Numbered from the stretch's first letter, positions 28,971-38,922 are shown. The stretch: 64,000 nucleotides of DNA from an uncultured Gemmatimonadales bacterium (GCA_963716255.1 OY970303.1:2496001-2560000); one strand, 5' to 3'. Notes: a model not told the origin generated them from the letters alone. Translations and numbers: made by a program.

Positions 28971-30534
28971 CTAGTCATACCCCAAATCTCTACAGGTGGT
29001 TGAAACCGTTGCGCTTGGCAGGGCAGCCCGTAGCTTGGGAAGCTCCCTGGCAGGAGGTGTACGATGAGCGCAGAGAATAGGAGTTGGGCCCAAGAGCAAT
29101 TCGAAGGAGCTGCGCTGGGCGATGTGCGTCGGGTGGACCGAGCGACTTTCATCGCAAGCCGCCTTCTGGATTCGCCGGGCAGCAGCCTTCCGGCTCTGTT
29201 CGACCGCCGCTACGACGTCAAGGCGGCCTATGCGCTGTTCGACCATGCGCAGGTCACCCCGGATACGCTGCAGGAGGGGCACCGGAGCCGACTGCGCGAG
29301 ACGATGACCTCGGGGCCCCCGGGCCGTACGATCCTGCTGGCGGAGGATACGTCTGCGTTCAGCTGGAGTGGGAAGACGCCGCGTGCGGACATGGGCCCCC
29401 TGGGGTCGGGGAAGAAGGGGCTGCAAGGCTTCTTCGTTCACTCCGTGCTGGCGATCGAGTGGGTGCCAGAGCGAGCTGTGGCCGAGGGCAAATCGCGCCC
29501 TGCGCTGCTGGTGCTCGGGCTTGCAGACCAGCAGTACTACGTCCGTCCTCAGGAGAGACAGCGCACGGCAGAGCGGGATTCCAAGGTTGCCAAAGCACGA
29601 CAGCGGGAGTCGGAGATCTGGAGCTACAGCACACTGCGGCTGGGCGAGGCTCCGGCAGGCGCACGTTGGATTCGCGTGTGCGACCGGGAGGCAGACATCT
29701 ACGAGTTCCTGACGCTGTGCCAGGAGTCAGGGCACGGCTTCCTGGTGCGCGCCACGCAGGATCGCGCCCTGGAGTGGGCGCAGTGGCAGACTGGTTCGGG
29801 AAGCGGAGCAAGGCTATTCACGCAGCTGAGAGCCCAGCCTGCCGCGGGAGGATTCACCCTCTCTCTGCGGGAGCGTCCGCAGCACCCCGCCCGTGAAGCG
29901 GTCCTGAGCGTGGCGTTCTGCCAGGTGACGCTGCGCTCGCCCCAACGACCGGGGAAGAGTCCAGGCGGCTTGCCGGGCGTGCGCTGCACGGCGGTGCGCG
30001 TCTGGGAGGCGGATCCGCCTGCGAGTGTAAAGGAGCCCCTGGAGTGGATTCTCCTCTGCGATCAGCCCGTGCATTCGGCCGCCGAAGCCGCCGCGTGTGC
30101 CCGCCAGTACTCGGCGCGCTGGCTGGTGGAGGAGTATCACAAGGTGCTCAAGAGCGGGCTGGGAGCGGAGCACTTGCAGTTGGAGACGAGCGAGCGGCTC
30201 TACGCAGCCATCGCGTTGCTGAGCGTGGTCGCGACGCGCATTCTCACCCTGAAGGAGGCGGTACGGATCGATCCGTTCGCTCCCGCGGAGGACTCTGGGC
30301 TCACCGAGCGAGAACGCATGCTCCTGGCGTTGCGACTACGCCGCGAGTTAAAGACTGTACGCGATGTGGCGCTCGCGCTCGGACGTCTGGGCGGACACAT
30401 GGGCTCGCACCAGGGCACGCGCGTCGACCACATGCCCGGCTGGATCACGCTCTGGAGAGGCATGCAGGCCCTGCAACTCATGGTGCAGGGCGCTGACCTC
30501 GCAGCCTCCCTAGATAAATTTGGGGTATGACAAG
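28971..30534 (+). mobile_element. IS4-family insertion sequence, 1564 bp
   Basis: 17-bp terminal IRs CTAGTCATACCCCAAAT / ATTTGGGGTATGACAAG (1 mismatch); 10-bp direct repeat CGGCTGTTTG at 28961-28970 and 30535-30544; lower GC than flanks. Confidence 0.96.
29064..30530 (+). CDS. IS4-family (IS50/Tn5-like) DDE transposase
   Basis: WAQEQFEGAALGDVRR N-domain, EDTS, VCDREADIYE, Y..RW.VEEYHKVLKSG (YREK), PGWITLWRG; stop lies within the right IR. Confidence 0.95.
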   Translation: MSAENRSWAQEQFEGAALGDVRRVDRATFIASRLLDSPGSSLPALFDRRYDVKAAYALFDHAQVTPDTLQEGHRSRLRETMTSGPPGRTILLAEDTSAFSWSGKTPRADMGPLGSGKKGLQGFFVHSVLAIEWVPERAVAEGKSRPALLVLGLADQQYYVRPQERQRTAERDSKVAKARQRESEIWSYSTLRLGEAPAGARWIRVCDREADIYEFLTLCQESGHGFLVRATQDRALEWAQWQTGSGSGARLFTQLRAQPAAGGFTLSLRERPQHPAREAVLSVAFCQVTLRSPQRPGKSPGGLPGVRCTAVRVWEADPPASVKEPLEWILLCDQPVHSAAEAAACARQYSARWLVEEYHKVLKSGLGAEHLQLETSERLYAAIALLSVVATRILTLKEAVRIDPFAPAEDSGLTERERMLLALRLRRELKTVRDVALALGRLGGHMGSHQGTRVDHMPGWITLWRGMQALQLMVQGADLAASLDKFGV

Positions 30535-30626
30535 CGGCTGTTTGCCGGGGCTCGCCTCCGTTGCAGACGGTTGTTTCGTCTGCTACGGAGCCGCAGCCCG
30601 ACCCGGCGCCAGCCGGGGGCACGCCC
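30535..30626 (+). repeat. Family A repeat, copy 5, right part
   Basis: Continues the consensus from the duplicated target to GGGGGCACGCCC. Confidence 0.9.
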
Positions 30627-30857
30627 GACCCCGCAGTACATAGCCGTACCATGCCCTTCCAACCGGACATGGTGTCACCCCTCTGCATCGACCTCTGGCC
30701 CCCGCTTTTCCACCAACCACCCCTCCCGCGTTGTAGCCGGTCCAGCTACGACGCATCCTCCCTGGAGCAGCCGTGCGCGCCGGCGGCCCTCCGGTGGCGG
30801 CACGGATGCGGGGACGCAGGGTGCGTCCGGATCGAAAACCCCAGGAAGGAGATCTCC

Positions 30858-31061
30858 ATGAGCATCAAGCGAGTATTGCTGGCCACCGCGCTGGGCGCGG
30901 TGGGGGTGGCGGCCGCGCTGCCGCTGAACAACGCCCGCGCCGCGGGCGGCTGCGACGGACGGTATTCCTGGCTCGTCCCCAGCGCCTGCACCTACTGCGA
31001 GTGGGGCGGCTCCTGCGGCGGCTGCCAGATCAAGGGCTGCACGATCAAGACTCCCACCTGA
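30858..31061 (+). CDS. Secreted cysteine-rich peptide (67 aa; predicted 39-aa mature part with 6 Cys)
   Basis: AGGAG RBS; signal peptide ending ARA; mature AGGCDGRYSWLVPSACTYCEWGGSCGGCQIKGCTIKTPT. Confidence 0.8.
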   Translation: MSIKRVLLATALGAVGVAAALPLNNARAAGGCDGRYSWLVPSACTYCEWGGSCGGCQIKGCTIKTPT

Positions 31062-31167
31062 GCCGGGAGCGGCGGGCGGGGCCCCGCGCCCGGGTCCCGG
31101 GTCGCGCTCCGTCCGCCCTTGCTCCGCCCCCACCGGTCCCGTTGGCCGGTACCTCCTTCCCGCAACG

Positions 31168-31638
31168 ATGCCTTCGCGGATGCCACACACGAACCGGCGG
31201 CCAGTTCGAAGCTTCCTCGCCGTCCTGCTGTGCCTCGGCGCATGGTGCGCCTGCGCACCCGCGGCGGACGACGCCCTCCCCCGCCTTGCCGGGCGCGACG
31301 TGAGCGCGCTCGCGGCCGCATCCGGCAAGGTCCTGCTGCTGGTCTTCGAGCCGGCGGACTGCCTGGCCTGCGCCACGGACATGCCGCAGTGGCTGTCGGT
31401 CCGCAGGCGCTCGCCGGGGAGCGTCGCCATCCTGGTCACCCGCCCGCCGTCGGCGGCGGAGACCAAGGTGTTCGCCCGCTACCGCATCCCGGTGGACGGG
31501 GTGCTGGGCCGCGGCGCGCTCCCGGAGCCCGCGCGCGGCGGGAGCGCCTTCCTGTACGTGAACGGAAAACTGGCCACCTCCGGGGCGCTGAACCGGCCGG
31601 AGCTGCAGACCACCCTGAACCGGGAGCTCGCCCCATGA
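31168..31638 (+). CDS. Exported thioredoxin-like CxxC protein
   Basis: Hydrophobic leader with a possible lipobox, VLLLVFEPADCLAC; ATGA overlap with the next gene; start could be 31180. Confidence 0.65.
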   Translation: MPSRMPHTNRRPVRSFLAVLLCLGAWCACAPAADDALPRLAGRDVSALAAASGKVLLLVFEPADCLACATDMPQWLSVRRRSPGSVAILVTRPPSAAETKVFARYRIPVDGVLGRGALPEPARGGSAFLYVNGKLATSGALNRPELQTTLNRELAP

Positions 31639-32768
31639 TCCGTCTCCGCACCCTGGCGGCCCTCGCGGGCCTGTCGCTGGCCGCCTGCGCCGGCGGCGAG
31701 GGGCCGCGCCCGGAGGACGCCGGGATCGTCCCGGTCGCGCTGGACAGCGTCGTACTGCAGGAGAACGACTCGCTGTACCTGGGGGCTCCCACCTTCCTGG
31801 TCGGCGCGCCGGGAGGCGACCTGTACGTGAGCGATGGGATGAACGGGCACGTCCTCCGCTTCGCCCGCGACGGCCGCCCGCTGGTGCGCTACGGGAAGCG
31901 CGGAGAGGGCCCGGGGGAGATGGGAACCCCCGTGGCCGCCGCGCTGCTCGGCGACTCGCTGCTGGCGGTGGCGGACTGGAGGCACACCCGGGCCTCGCTG
32001 TTCCGGCAGGCGGACGGCGCCTTCGTCCGCTCCGTGCCCAACCAGGGAATGCCGTTCTGGATGGAGGCGAGGGGCGACACGGTGTGGATGTCCAGCGTCC
32101 ACCTCAAGCGGAAGACCAGCCTCGCCACCTGGCGCACGGGCGAGGACACGGTGCGCCACTTCAGCCGGCTTCCCCGCGAGTACGAGCGGTCGCCCATCCT
32201 GCTGGAGGCGCACCCGTACGCCACCATGGCGCGCACCGGAGACACCCTGCTGGTGGGGTTCACGGGCCACCGCGGGCTCTTCCTCACGCGCCCCGACGGC
32301 ACGGTGTTCGACACGGTGGTGGTCCCCGCCGCGCTGCGGCGCGGCGTCCCCGCGGACATCCTGGAGCGGTTCGCGAAGCCCATGGAGAACGACGAGATCG
32401 CCTCCATGGCCTCGGCGCTGGTCGCCATGCACCGGCTCCCCTCCGGCGACTTCGCCCTGATGCACATGGACGTTACCACCGAGGGGAGGCTGATCACCGC
32501 GAAAGGCTTCCTTTCCGTGCTGTCACGCGACCTGAGCCGGGCGTGCGTGGACATCCCGTTCCACTTCCAGCAGGATGGACGGCCCGTGGTGGCGTTCCGC
32601 GGGGACACGCTCCTGGTGCTGGAGCAGAAGATCGTCTCGGAGACGCGGGCGGAAACGTTCGTCCGCTCGTACCGGGTGGACACCACGGGGTGCCGCTGGA
32701 TCCCCACCGGCGGCCCGGCGGACCGCGCCTCCGCCGCCGGCCGGCCCCGCGCCCGCCCCGTGGGCTGA
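31635..32768 (+). CDS. 6-bladed beta-propeller lipoprotein
   Basis: Lipobox LAAC, LYVSDG, YGKRGEGPGEM. Confidence 0.82.
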   Translation: MIRLRTLAALAGLSLAACAGGEGPRPEDAGIVPVALDSVVLQENDSLYLGAPTFLVGAPGGDLYVSDGMNGHVLRFARDGRPLVRYGKRGEGPGEMGTPVAAALLGDSLLAVADWRHTRASLFRQADGAFVRSVPNQGMPFWMEARGDTVWMSSVHLKRKTSLATWRTGEDTVRHFSRLPREYERSPILLEAHPYATMARTGDTLLVGFTGHRGLFLTRPDGTVFDTVVVPAALRRGVPADILERFAKPMENDEIASMASALVAMHRLPSGDFALMHMDVTTEGRLITAKGFLSVLSRDLSRACVDIPFHFQQDGRPVVAFRGDTLLVLEQKIVSETRAETFVRSYRVDTTGCRWIPTGGPADRASAAGRPRARPVG

Positions 32769-32778
32769 CCCGGGACGG

Positions 32779-34350
32779 CTACGATCCCCGCGGCCGCACC
32801 CACCGCTCCACCGCGCCCAGCACCCCGTCCACCGCGAGCGCCAGAAGCGCCGCCGGGATCGCCCCCGACAGGATCATCCGCGCGTCGGAAAGGGCGAGCC
32901 CGGCGGCGATGGGGTCGCCCAGCCCGCCGGCGCCGATGAACGCGGCGAGCGTCGCCGTCCCCACGTTCATCACCGCGGCGGTCCGTATGCCGGCCAGGAT
33001 CAGCGGCCCGGCGAGGGGGAGGCGCACGTGGCGGAGCACCTGCCCCGGGGTCATCCCCAGCGCGCGGGCGGCCTCCGTGGCCTCGGGCCCGGCGTCGCGC
33101 ACGCCGCTGTAGGTGTTGCGGACGATGGGGTACAGCGAGTACAGGAAGAGGGCGACCAGCGCCGGCACCACGCCGATCCCCAGCAGCGGGATCATGAAGG
33201 CGAGCAGGGCGATGCTGGGCACCACCTGGAGCAGCCCCACGCCGCGGATGGCCGCCTCCGCCGCCCCGCCCCGCGCGCGCTCCAGAGCCAGCCCGAGCGG
33301 CACCGCCACCGCGACCGCCGCCGCCAGCGAGACCCCCACCAGCAGCAGGTGCCGCAGCGCGAGCGAGCCCAGCGGGGCGCGCCGCTCCCACAGGTACGCG
33401 GCCAGCGAGCCCCCGCCGCGCCGGTCGGCCTCCCCCACCCCGGCGGGACCGCCGCCCACCAGCCCCAGCTCCCGCAGCGCGTCCGCGGCCACGCGGGGAA
33501 TCGCCTCGCCGTCCACCTCCACGCGGCGGTTGAGCGCGCGCATCCGCTCCACGTCCATGCGCCCGCTGAGCTCGGTGAGCGCCGCGACCGCCGCCGGCGA
33601 CTCGCGCCACAGCCGGCGCCCCACCAGCGCCGCGGCCTCGTACGGCGGGAAGAAACGGCGGTCGTCCTCCAGCACCACCAGGTCGTAGCGGGCGATGGCG
33701 CCGTCGGTGGAGTAGGCGTCGATCACGTCTACCGCGCCGGTGGCGAGGGCCTGGTACTTGACGGCCTGGGCGAGCGCCCGGGTCTCGCGCGGGCGGAAGC
33801 CGTAGACGCGCTGGAGCCCCGGGAGGCCGTCCTTCCGGCCGATGAAGTCCGGCGTGAACCCGGCGCGCAGCCCCGGCCCGGCGCGGGCCAGGTCGCTGAG
33901 GGTGCGCAGTCCCAGCCGCCGCGCCGTGTCCCGGCGCACGGCGATGGCGTAGGTGTTCTCGAAGCCCAGCGGCGGGAGCCAGTGCGCGCCCCAGCGGCTT
34001 TCGAACCCGCGCGCCACGCGGCGAAAGGCCTCGCGCGGGTCGCGCACCGGCTCCTCCCCCAGCACGGCGAGCAGCCCGGTGCCGGTGTACTCCGGGTACA
34101 CGTCCACGGCGCCGGAGCGCAGCGCGCCGAAGGCCACCTCGGTGGCGCCCAGCCCGGGCCGCCGCTCCACCGGGAATCCACGCGCCTCCAGCAGCTGCGC
34201 GAACATCTCGGCGAGGACGTACGACTCGCCGAAGGGCTTGGAGGCGACCACCACCGGCCGCGGCGCCCGCCCGGCCGACTGCGCCGCGGCGCCCGCGGCC
34301 GCGAGTACGAGGGCGAGCGCCAGCGCGAGGAGCGCGGCCGGGCGCCTCAC
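32779..34350 (-). CDS. Fused substrate-binding protein + permease of an OpuC/OsmX/EgtU-type ABC importer
   Basis: VVVASKPFGES, DVYPEYTGT, GFENTYA, YSTDG, FFPPY, then the EAARALGM permease loop and GAGGLG. Confidence 0.92.
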   Translation of the reverse strand: MRRPAALLALALALVLAAAGAAAQSAGRAPRPVVVASKPFGESYVLAEMFAQLLEARGFPVERRPGLGATEVAFGALRSGAVDVYPEYTGTGLLAVLGEEPVRDPREAFRRVARGFESRWGAHWLPPLGFENTYAIAVRRDTARRLGLRTLSDLARAGPGLRAGFTPDFIGRKDGLPGLQRVYGFRPRETRALAQAVKYQALATGAVDVIDAYSTDGAIARYDLVVLEDDRRFFPPYEAAALVGRRLWRESPAAVAALTELSGRMDVERMRALNRRVEVDGEAIPRVAADALRELGLVGGGPAGVGEADRRGGGSLAAYLWERRAPLGSLALRHLLLVGVSLAAAVAVAVPLGLALERARGGAAEAAIRGVGLLQVVPSIALLAFMIPLLGIGVVPALVALFLYSLYPIVRNTYSGVRDAGPEATEAARALGMTPGQVLRHVRLPLAGPLILAGIRTAAVMNVGTATLAAFIGAGGLGDPIAAGLALSDARMILSGAIPAALLALAVDGVLGAVERWVRPRGS

Positions 34351-35090
34351 GCGGCACCCACCCGCGAGCGGCGCAGCAGCTCGCGCACGTACTCCGTGGC
34401 GGGCGCGGCCAGGAGCGCGTCCGGCGCGGCGTCCTGCTCCACGCGGCCGGCGCGCAGCACGGCGACGCGGTCCGCCAGCAGCACGGCCTCGTGCAGGTCG
34501 TGCGTCACCAGCACGGTGGCGATCCCCAGCTCCCGCCGCAGCGCCCCGTACACGTCCTGGAGCTCGGCGCGGGTGATGGCGTCCAGCGCGCCGAAGGGCT
34601 CGTCCAGCAGGACCAGCGCGGGACGGGCGGCCAGCGCCCGCGCGATCGCCACGCGCTGCCGCTGCCCGCCCGACAGCTCGCGGGGGTAGCGCCCCCCGAA
34701 CCGGTCCGCGGGGAGGCCCACCAGCGCCAGCGCCTCGGCGCCGCGCGGGCCGGCCTGCGCGTCGCCGCGCAGCCAGGGGACCATCGCCGCGTTGCGCAGC
34801 ACGGTCCAGTGGGGGAGGAGCCCGCCGTCCTGGGGGACGTAGCCCACCCGCCGCCGCAGCTCCACGGGGTCCAGCGAGCGGGCGTCCGCTCCCTCCACCC
34901 GCACGACGCCCCCGTCCGGCTCCACCAGCCGGTTGAAGCAGCGCAGCAGCGTGGACTTCCCGGACCCGCTCTCCCCCACCAGCGCCACGCACTCTCCCGG
35001 CGCCACGCGCAGCGACACGCCGTCGAGCGCCGCGACGGGCCCGTAGCGCTTGCGCACGTCGGTCGCCTCCAGCGCGGGCGCGTCAGTCAA
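34347..35090 (-). CDS. ABC ATPase (OpuCA/EgtV-like)
   Basis: GESGSGKS, LSGGQRQR, LLDEPFGALD; overlaps both neighbours. Confidence 0.93.
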   Translation of the reverse strand: MTDAPALEATDVRKRYGPVAALDGVSLRVAPGECVALVGESGSGKSTLLRCFNRLVEPDGGVVRVEGADARSLDPVELRRRVGYVPQDGGLLPHWTVLRNAAMVPWLRGDAQAGPRGAEALALVGLPADRFGGRYPRELSGGQRQRVAIARALAARPALVLLDEPFGALDAITRAELQDVYGALRRELGIATVLVTHDLHEAVLLADRVAVLRAGRVEQDAAPDALLAAPATEYVRELLRRSRVGAA

Positions 35091-36453
35091 GGGAATAGCG
35101 CTCCAGCCGCATCAGCAGGCTCTGGATCCCCTCGGCGAAGGTGGGGTGCACGAACTCGGCGTCCACCAGGGCGCGCGCGGGCGCGCCGGCCGCCATCAGC
35201 GCGACGAAGACGTGGACCAGCTCGCCCGCCTCGGCGCCGACGAGCGCGGCTCCCAGGACGCGCTCGGTGGCCGGGTCCAGGAGCACCTTCATCACCCCCG
35301 CGCGCCGGTCCGTCTCCACCGCGCGCGCGACGTCGCCGAAGGGCATCGTCGCCGTTTCCACGCGGATCCCCCGCTCCCCGGCCTCGCGCTCGGACAGGCC
35401 GACGCGGGCCACCTGCGGGTCGGTGAACACCGTGTAGGGGACGAGCCGACCCGCGGCGGTGCGCCCGGAGCGGCCGGTGAGCAGGTCGAAGAGGATGCGC
35501 CCGTCGTCCCAGCTGCGGTGGGTGAACTGCGGCCCGCCGGTCACGTCGCCCACGGCGTAGACGCCCGCGGCGGAGGTGCGGAAGCGCTCGTCCACCGGGA
35601 TGAAACCCTCGTCGTCCAGCCGGATGCCGGCCGCGTCGCACCCCAGGTCGCCGGTGTTGGGCTTCCGCCCCGCGGCCACCAGCAGGTGTGAGCCGCGCAG
35701 CTCCCGCCCGTCGTCGAGCACCAGGACGATCTCGCCGCTCTCCCTGCGGACCTCGCTGGCGCCGGCGCCCAGCTCCAGCTCGATCCCCTCGGCGCGGAAC
35801 GCTGCCTCCACCGCGTCCGACACGTCCGTGTCCTCGCGGTCCAGCAGGTGCGCGCTCCGCCCTGCGATCGTGACGCGCGCGCCGAAGCGGCGGAACATCT
35901 GCCCCAGCTCGCAGCCGATGTAGCCGCCGCCCAGCACCAGCAGGTGCCCGGGCAGCTCCCGCAGCTCCAGGGCGCGCGTGCTGTCCAGCCAGGGGACGGT
36001 GTCCAGCCCGGGAATGCGGGGCACCCCCGGCCGGGCGCCCACGTCCAGCACCACCGTTTCCGCGCGGTGGCGTGCGCCGTCCACCTCCACCTCGCGCTCG
36101 CCGGTGAAGCGCGCGTGGCCGCGCAGCAGCGTCAGGCGGTCGCCCGCTTCCCGGATGCGCCGCTCCACGCTCTCGCGCCACTCGCGCACCACCCGCTCCT
36201 TGCGGTCCACCACGGCGCCCAGATCCACCCGCACCTCGCCGACGTGGACGCCCAGCGACGACGCCCGGCGGGCGTCGTGGGCCGCCTGCGCGGAGGCGAT
36301 CATGGTCTTGGTGGGGGTGCACCCGCAGTTGACGCACGTCCCGCCCACGGGCCCGCGCTCGGCCAGCAGCACCCGCTTCCCGGCGGCCGCCAGGCGCGCC
36401 GCCAGCGGCACCCCGGCCTGCCCCGCCCCGATCACGACGACGTCGGCGTCCAT
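35083..36453 (-). CDS. Class I pyridine nucleotide-disulfide oxidoreductase (MerA/RclA-like, no C-terminal Cys pair)
   Basis: GAGQAG, GGTCVNCGCTPTK, GGGYIGCE, YAVGD, HPTFAE; GGAGG RBS before ATG 36453. Confidence 0.9.
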   Translation of the reverse strand: MDADVVVIGAGQAGVPLAARLAAAGKRVLLAERGPVGGTCVNCGCTPTKTMIASAQAAHDARRASSLGVHVGEVRVDLGAVVDRKERVVREWRESVERRIREAGDRLTLLRGHARFTGEREVEVDGARHRAETVVLDVGARPGVPRIPGLDTVPWLDSTRALELRELPGHLLVLGGGYIGCELGQMFRRFGARVTIAGRSAHLLDREDTDVSDAVEAAFRAEGIELELGAGASEVRRESGEIVLVLDDGRELRGSHLLVAAGRKPNTGDLGCDAAGIRLDDEGFIPVDERFRTSAAGVYAVGDVTGGPQFTHRSWDDGRILFDLLTGRSGRTAAGRLVPYTVFTDPQVARVGLSEREAGERGIRVETATMPFGDVARAVETDRRAGVMKVLLDPATERVLGAALVGAEAGELVHVFVALMAAGAPARALVDAEFVHPTFAEGIQSLLMRLERYSLD

Positions 36454-36653
36454 CGACATCCTCCCTGGCTCCCGGCGTGTCCGGAGGTGCATGCGCCCCG
36501 TGCCGCACCCCGTGCAGATGTCTACAAACCATGCACTCCCGGCTCGCTTTTTGCGCCCCGCCCCCGGAAAATCGGGAGTGTGGCGCGCGCGTCGGCGCCG
36601 CCCTAGCTTAACTTCACCCCACCGCTCCCGCAAAAGCCCCCACTCCACCGCAC

Positions 36654-37967
36654 ATGATCCAGGACAGCGTAGTCGCCCCGCTGGCGGAGCAGGTCGCCGC
36701 CCTACTCGAGGAGGCGCGCGCGCGCACCCTGCTGCTGATCTCGCCGCTCTCCGAGGCGGAGCTCCGCGCCCAGCACAGCCGGCTGATGGGCCCCCTCCTC
36801 TGGGACCTGGGCCACATCGCCCACTTCGAGGAGCTGTGGCTCCTGCGCAACCTGGAGGGCCCGGTGGAGTTCGGGGAGATGCCGGGGATGTTCAACCCCT
36901 TCGAGAACCCGCGCGCCGTGCGGGGCGGGCTGGACATGCCCACGCTGCCGCAGACGCTTTCGGTCATGGCGGAGACGCGCGCCCTCGTGCTGGACCGCAT
37001 CCCCTCGCTGGACCTGGCCGGCGACGACCCGCTGCTGCGGGAAGGCTACGTGTTCCGCATGGTGGCCCAGCACGAGTACCAGCACGGCGAGACCATGCTC
37101 CAGGCGCTGCAGCTCAAGGAGGAGGAGGTGTACCGCGCACCCCGCGCCTGGAGCGTGCCGGAGCCGCGCTGGACGCCCCGGGAGGAGATGGTGAGGTTTC
37201 CCGGCGGCGAGGTGGAGATCGGCACGGCGGACCGGAGCGCGGCGTACGACAACGAGCGCCCGCCGCACCGGGTGGAGCTGCGCCCCTTCCGGATCGACGC
37301 GGCGCCGGTCACCAACGGCGCCTACCTGGAGTTCATGGAGGCGGGCGGCTACGACGAGCGCCGCTTCTGGACGGACGCGGGGTGGGCGTGGCGGGAGGAG
37401 ACCGGCGCCCGCTCGCCGCAGTTCTGGGAGCGCGAGGGTGGGGAGTGGATGACCCGCGCGATGGACCGCCGCGCGGCGGTGGACCCGCGCCGGCCGGTGT
37501 GCCACGTCTGCGCCCACGAGGCCGAGGCGTTCGCGCGCTGGGCCGGCAAGCGGCTCCCCACCGAGCAGGAGTGGGAGGCGGCGGCCACCTGGGACCCGGC
37601 CACCGGGACCAGGCGCGCCTATCCCTGGGGCGACGAGCCTCCCACGCGCGAGCACGCCAACCTGGACCAGCTCGCCTTCGAGACCGCGCCGGTGGGCGCC
37701 TACCCGCGCAACTTGTCGCCCATCGGGTGCTACGGGATGATCGGCGACGTGTGGGAGTGGACGGCCAGCGACTTCGCCGGCTACCCCGGCTACCGGACCT
37801 TCCCCTATCCCGAGTACTCGGAGGTGTTCTTCGGGCCGGAGTACCGCGTGCTGCGCGGCGGCTCGTGGGCCACCCGCCCGGGGGCGGCGCGGAGCACGTT
37901 CCGCAACTGGGACTACCCCATCCGCCGCCAGATCTTTTCCGGCTTCCGGTGTGCCGCCGATGAGTGA
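36654..37967 (+). CDS. egtB: Ergothioneine sulfoxide synthase (DinB + FGE-sulfatase domains)
   Basis: PLLWDLGHIAHFEELWL, QHEYQHGE metal ligands, RLPTEQEWE, GDVWEWT, FRNWDYPIRRQIFSGFR. Confidence 0.93.
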   Translation: MIQDSVVAPLAEQVAALLEEARARTLLLISPLSEAELRAQHSRLMGPLLWDLGHIAHFEELWLLRNLEGPVEFGEMPGMFNPFENPRAVRGGLDMPTLPQTLSVMAETRALVLDRIPSLDLAGDDPLLREGYVFRMVAQHEYQHGETMLQALQLKEEEVYRAPRAWSVPEPRWTPREEMVRFPGGEVEIGTADRSAAYDNERPPHRVELRPFRIDAAPVTNGAYLEFMEAGGYDERRFWTDAGWAWREETGARSPQFWEREGGEWMTRAMDRRAAVDPRRPVCHVCAHEAEAFARWAGKRLPTEQEWEAAATWDPATGTRRAYPWGDEPPTREHANLDQLAFETAPVGAYPRNLSPIGCYGMIGDVWEWTASDFAGYPGYRTFPYPEYSEVFFGPEYRVLRGGSWATRPGAARSTFRNWDYPIRRQIFSGFRCAADE

Positions 37968-38922
37968 GCCCGTGCTCGCGGAGACCGCACCCCCCGCGGG
38001 GATGCTCGCCGACCTGCGCGAGGGGCTGTCGCGCCCGCAGAAGGAGCTGCCGCCCAAGTACTTCTACGACGTGCGCGGCTCGGAGCTGTTCGAGGAGATC
38101 ACCCGCCTCCCCGAGTACTACCTGACGCGCACCGAGCGCGGCCTGCTGGAGCGGTGGATGCCGGAGTGGGCCGCGGCGCTGCGGCCCCGCGCGCTGGTGG
38201 AGCTGGGCGCGGGGAGCGCGGTGAAGACGCGCATCGTGCTGGACGCCATGGCGGAGGCCGGCGCGGCGGAGGTCTACGTTCCCGTGGACGTGAGCGCCGA
38301 GTTCCTGGCCGACACCGCGGCCCGCCTGCGCGCCGAGTACCCGTCGCTGCGCGTGGTCCCCGCCGTCGCGGACATCTCGGAGGAGTTCGAGCTGCCGGGG
38401 GGGCTCCCGCGGCCCACGCTCCTGGCCTTCCTGGGGAGCACCATCGGCAACTTCGCGCCGGAGGGCGCGGCGGCGTTGCTGCGGCAGGTGCGCGGGGCGA
38501 TGCGGCCGGGGGACCGCTTCCTCATGGGGGTGGACCTGCGCAAGGACCCGGCGCGGATCGAGGCCGCCTACAACGACGCGCGCGGCGTGACGGCGGAGTT
38601 CAACCGCAACATGCTGCGCGTGCTGAACCGCGAGGCCGGGGCCGACTTCGACGTGGACGCCTTCGAGCACCGCGCCTTCTACGACCCGGCGGAGCACCGC
38701 ATCGAGATGCACCTGGTGGCCCCCGCCGCGCAGACCGTCCACGTTCCCGGGGTGGGCGACGTGCGCCTGGCCGCCGGCGAGTCCATCCGCACCGAGATCA
38801 GCTGCAAGCACGACCGGGCGAGCGTGGCGGCGCTGTTCGCCGGCGCCGGGCTGGCCGTGGAGCGCTGGCAGACCGACGCCGAGGGGCTGTACGCGCTCCT
38901 CCTCGGCGCCCCGGCGGAGTGA
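37960..38922 (+). CDS. egtD: L-histidine N-alpha-trimethyltransferase
   Basis: KELPPKYFYD.RGSELFEEITRLPEYY.TRTE, FLGSTIGNF, AYND..GVTAEFN, RIEMHL, TEISCK. Confidence 0.95.
   Translation: MSEPVLAETAPPAGMLADLREGLSRPQKELPPKYFYDVRGSELFEEITRLPEYYLTRTERGLLERWMPEWAAALRPRALVELGAGSAVKTRIVLDAMAEAGAAEVYVPVDVSAEFLADTAARLRAEYPSLRVVPAVADISEEFELPGGLPRPTLLAFLGSTIGNFAPEGAAALLRQVRGAMRPGDRFLMGVDLRKDPARIEAAYNDARGVTAEFNRNMLRVLNREAGADFDVDAFEHRAFYDPAEHRIEMHLVAPAAQTVHVPGVGDVRLAAGESIRTEISCKHDRASVAALFAGAGLAVERWQTDAEGLYALLLGAPAE

Noticed and set aside
35083..36453. Mercury resistance merA
   Set aside because: No C-terminal Cys-Cys pair, no N-terminal HMA domain and no merR/T/P nearby
36654..37967. Selenoneine synthase senA
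   Set aside because: No senB glycosyltransferase or selD adjacent; the egtD and Glu-Cys ligase context fits ergothioneine
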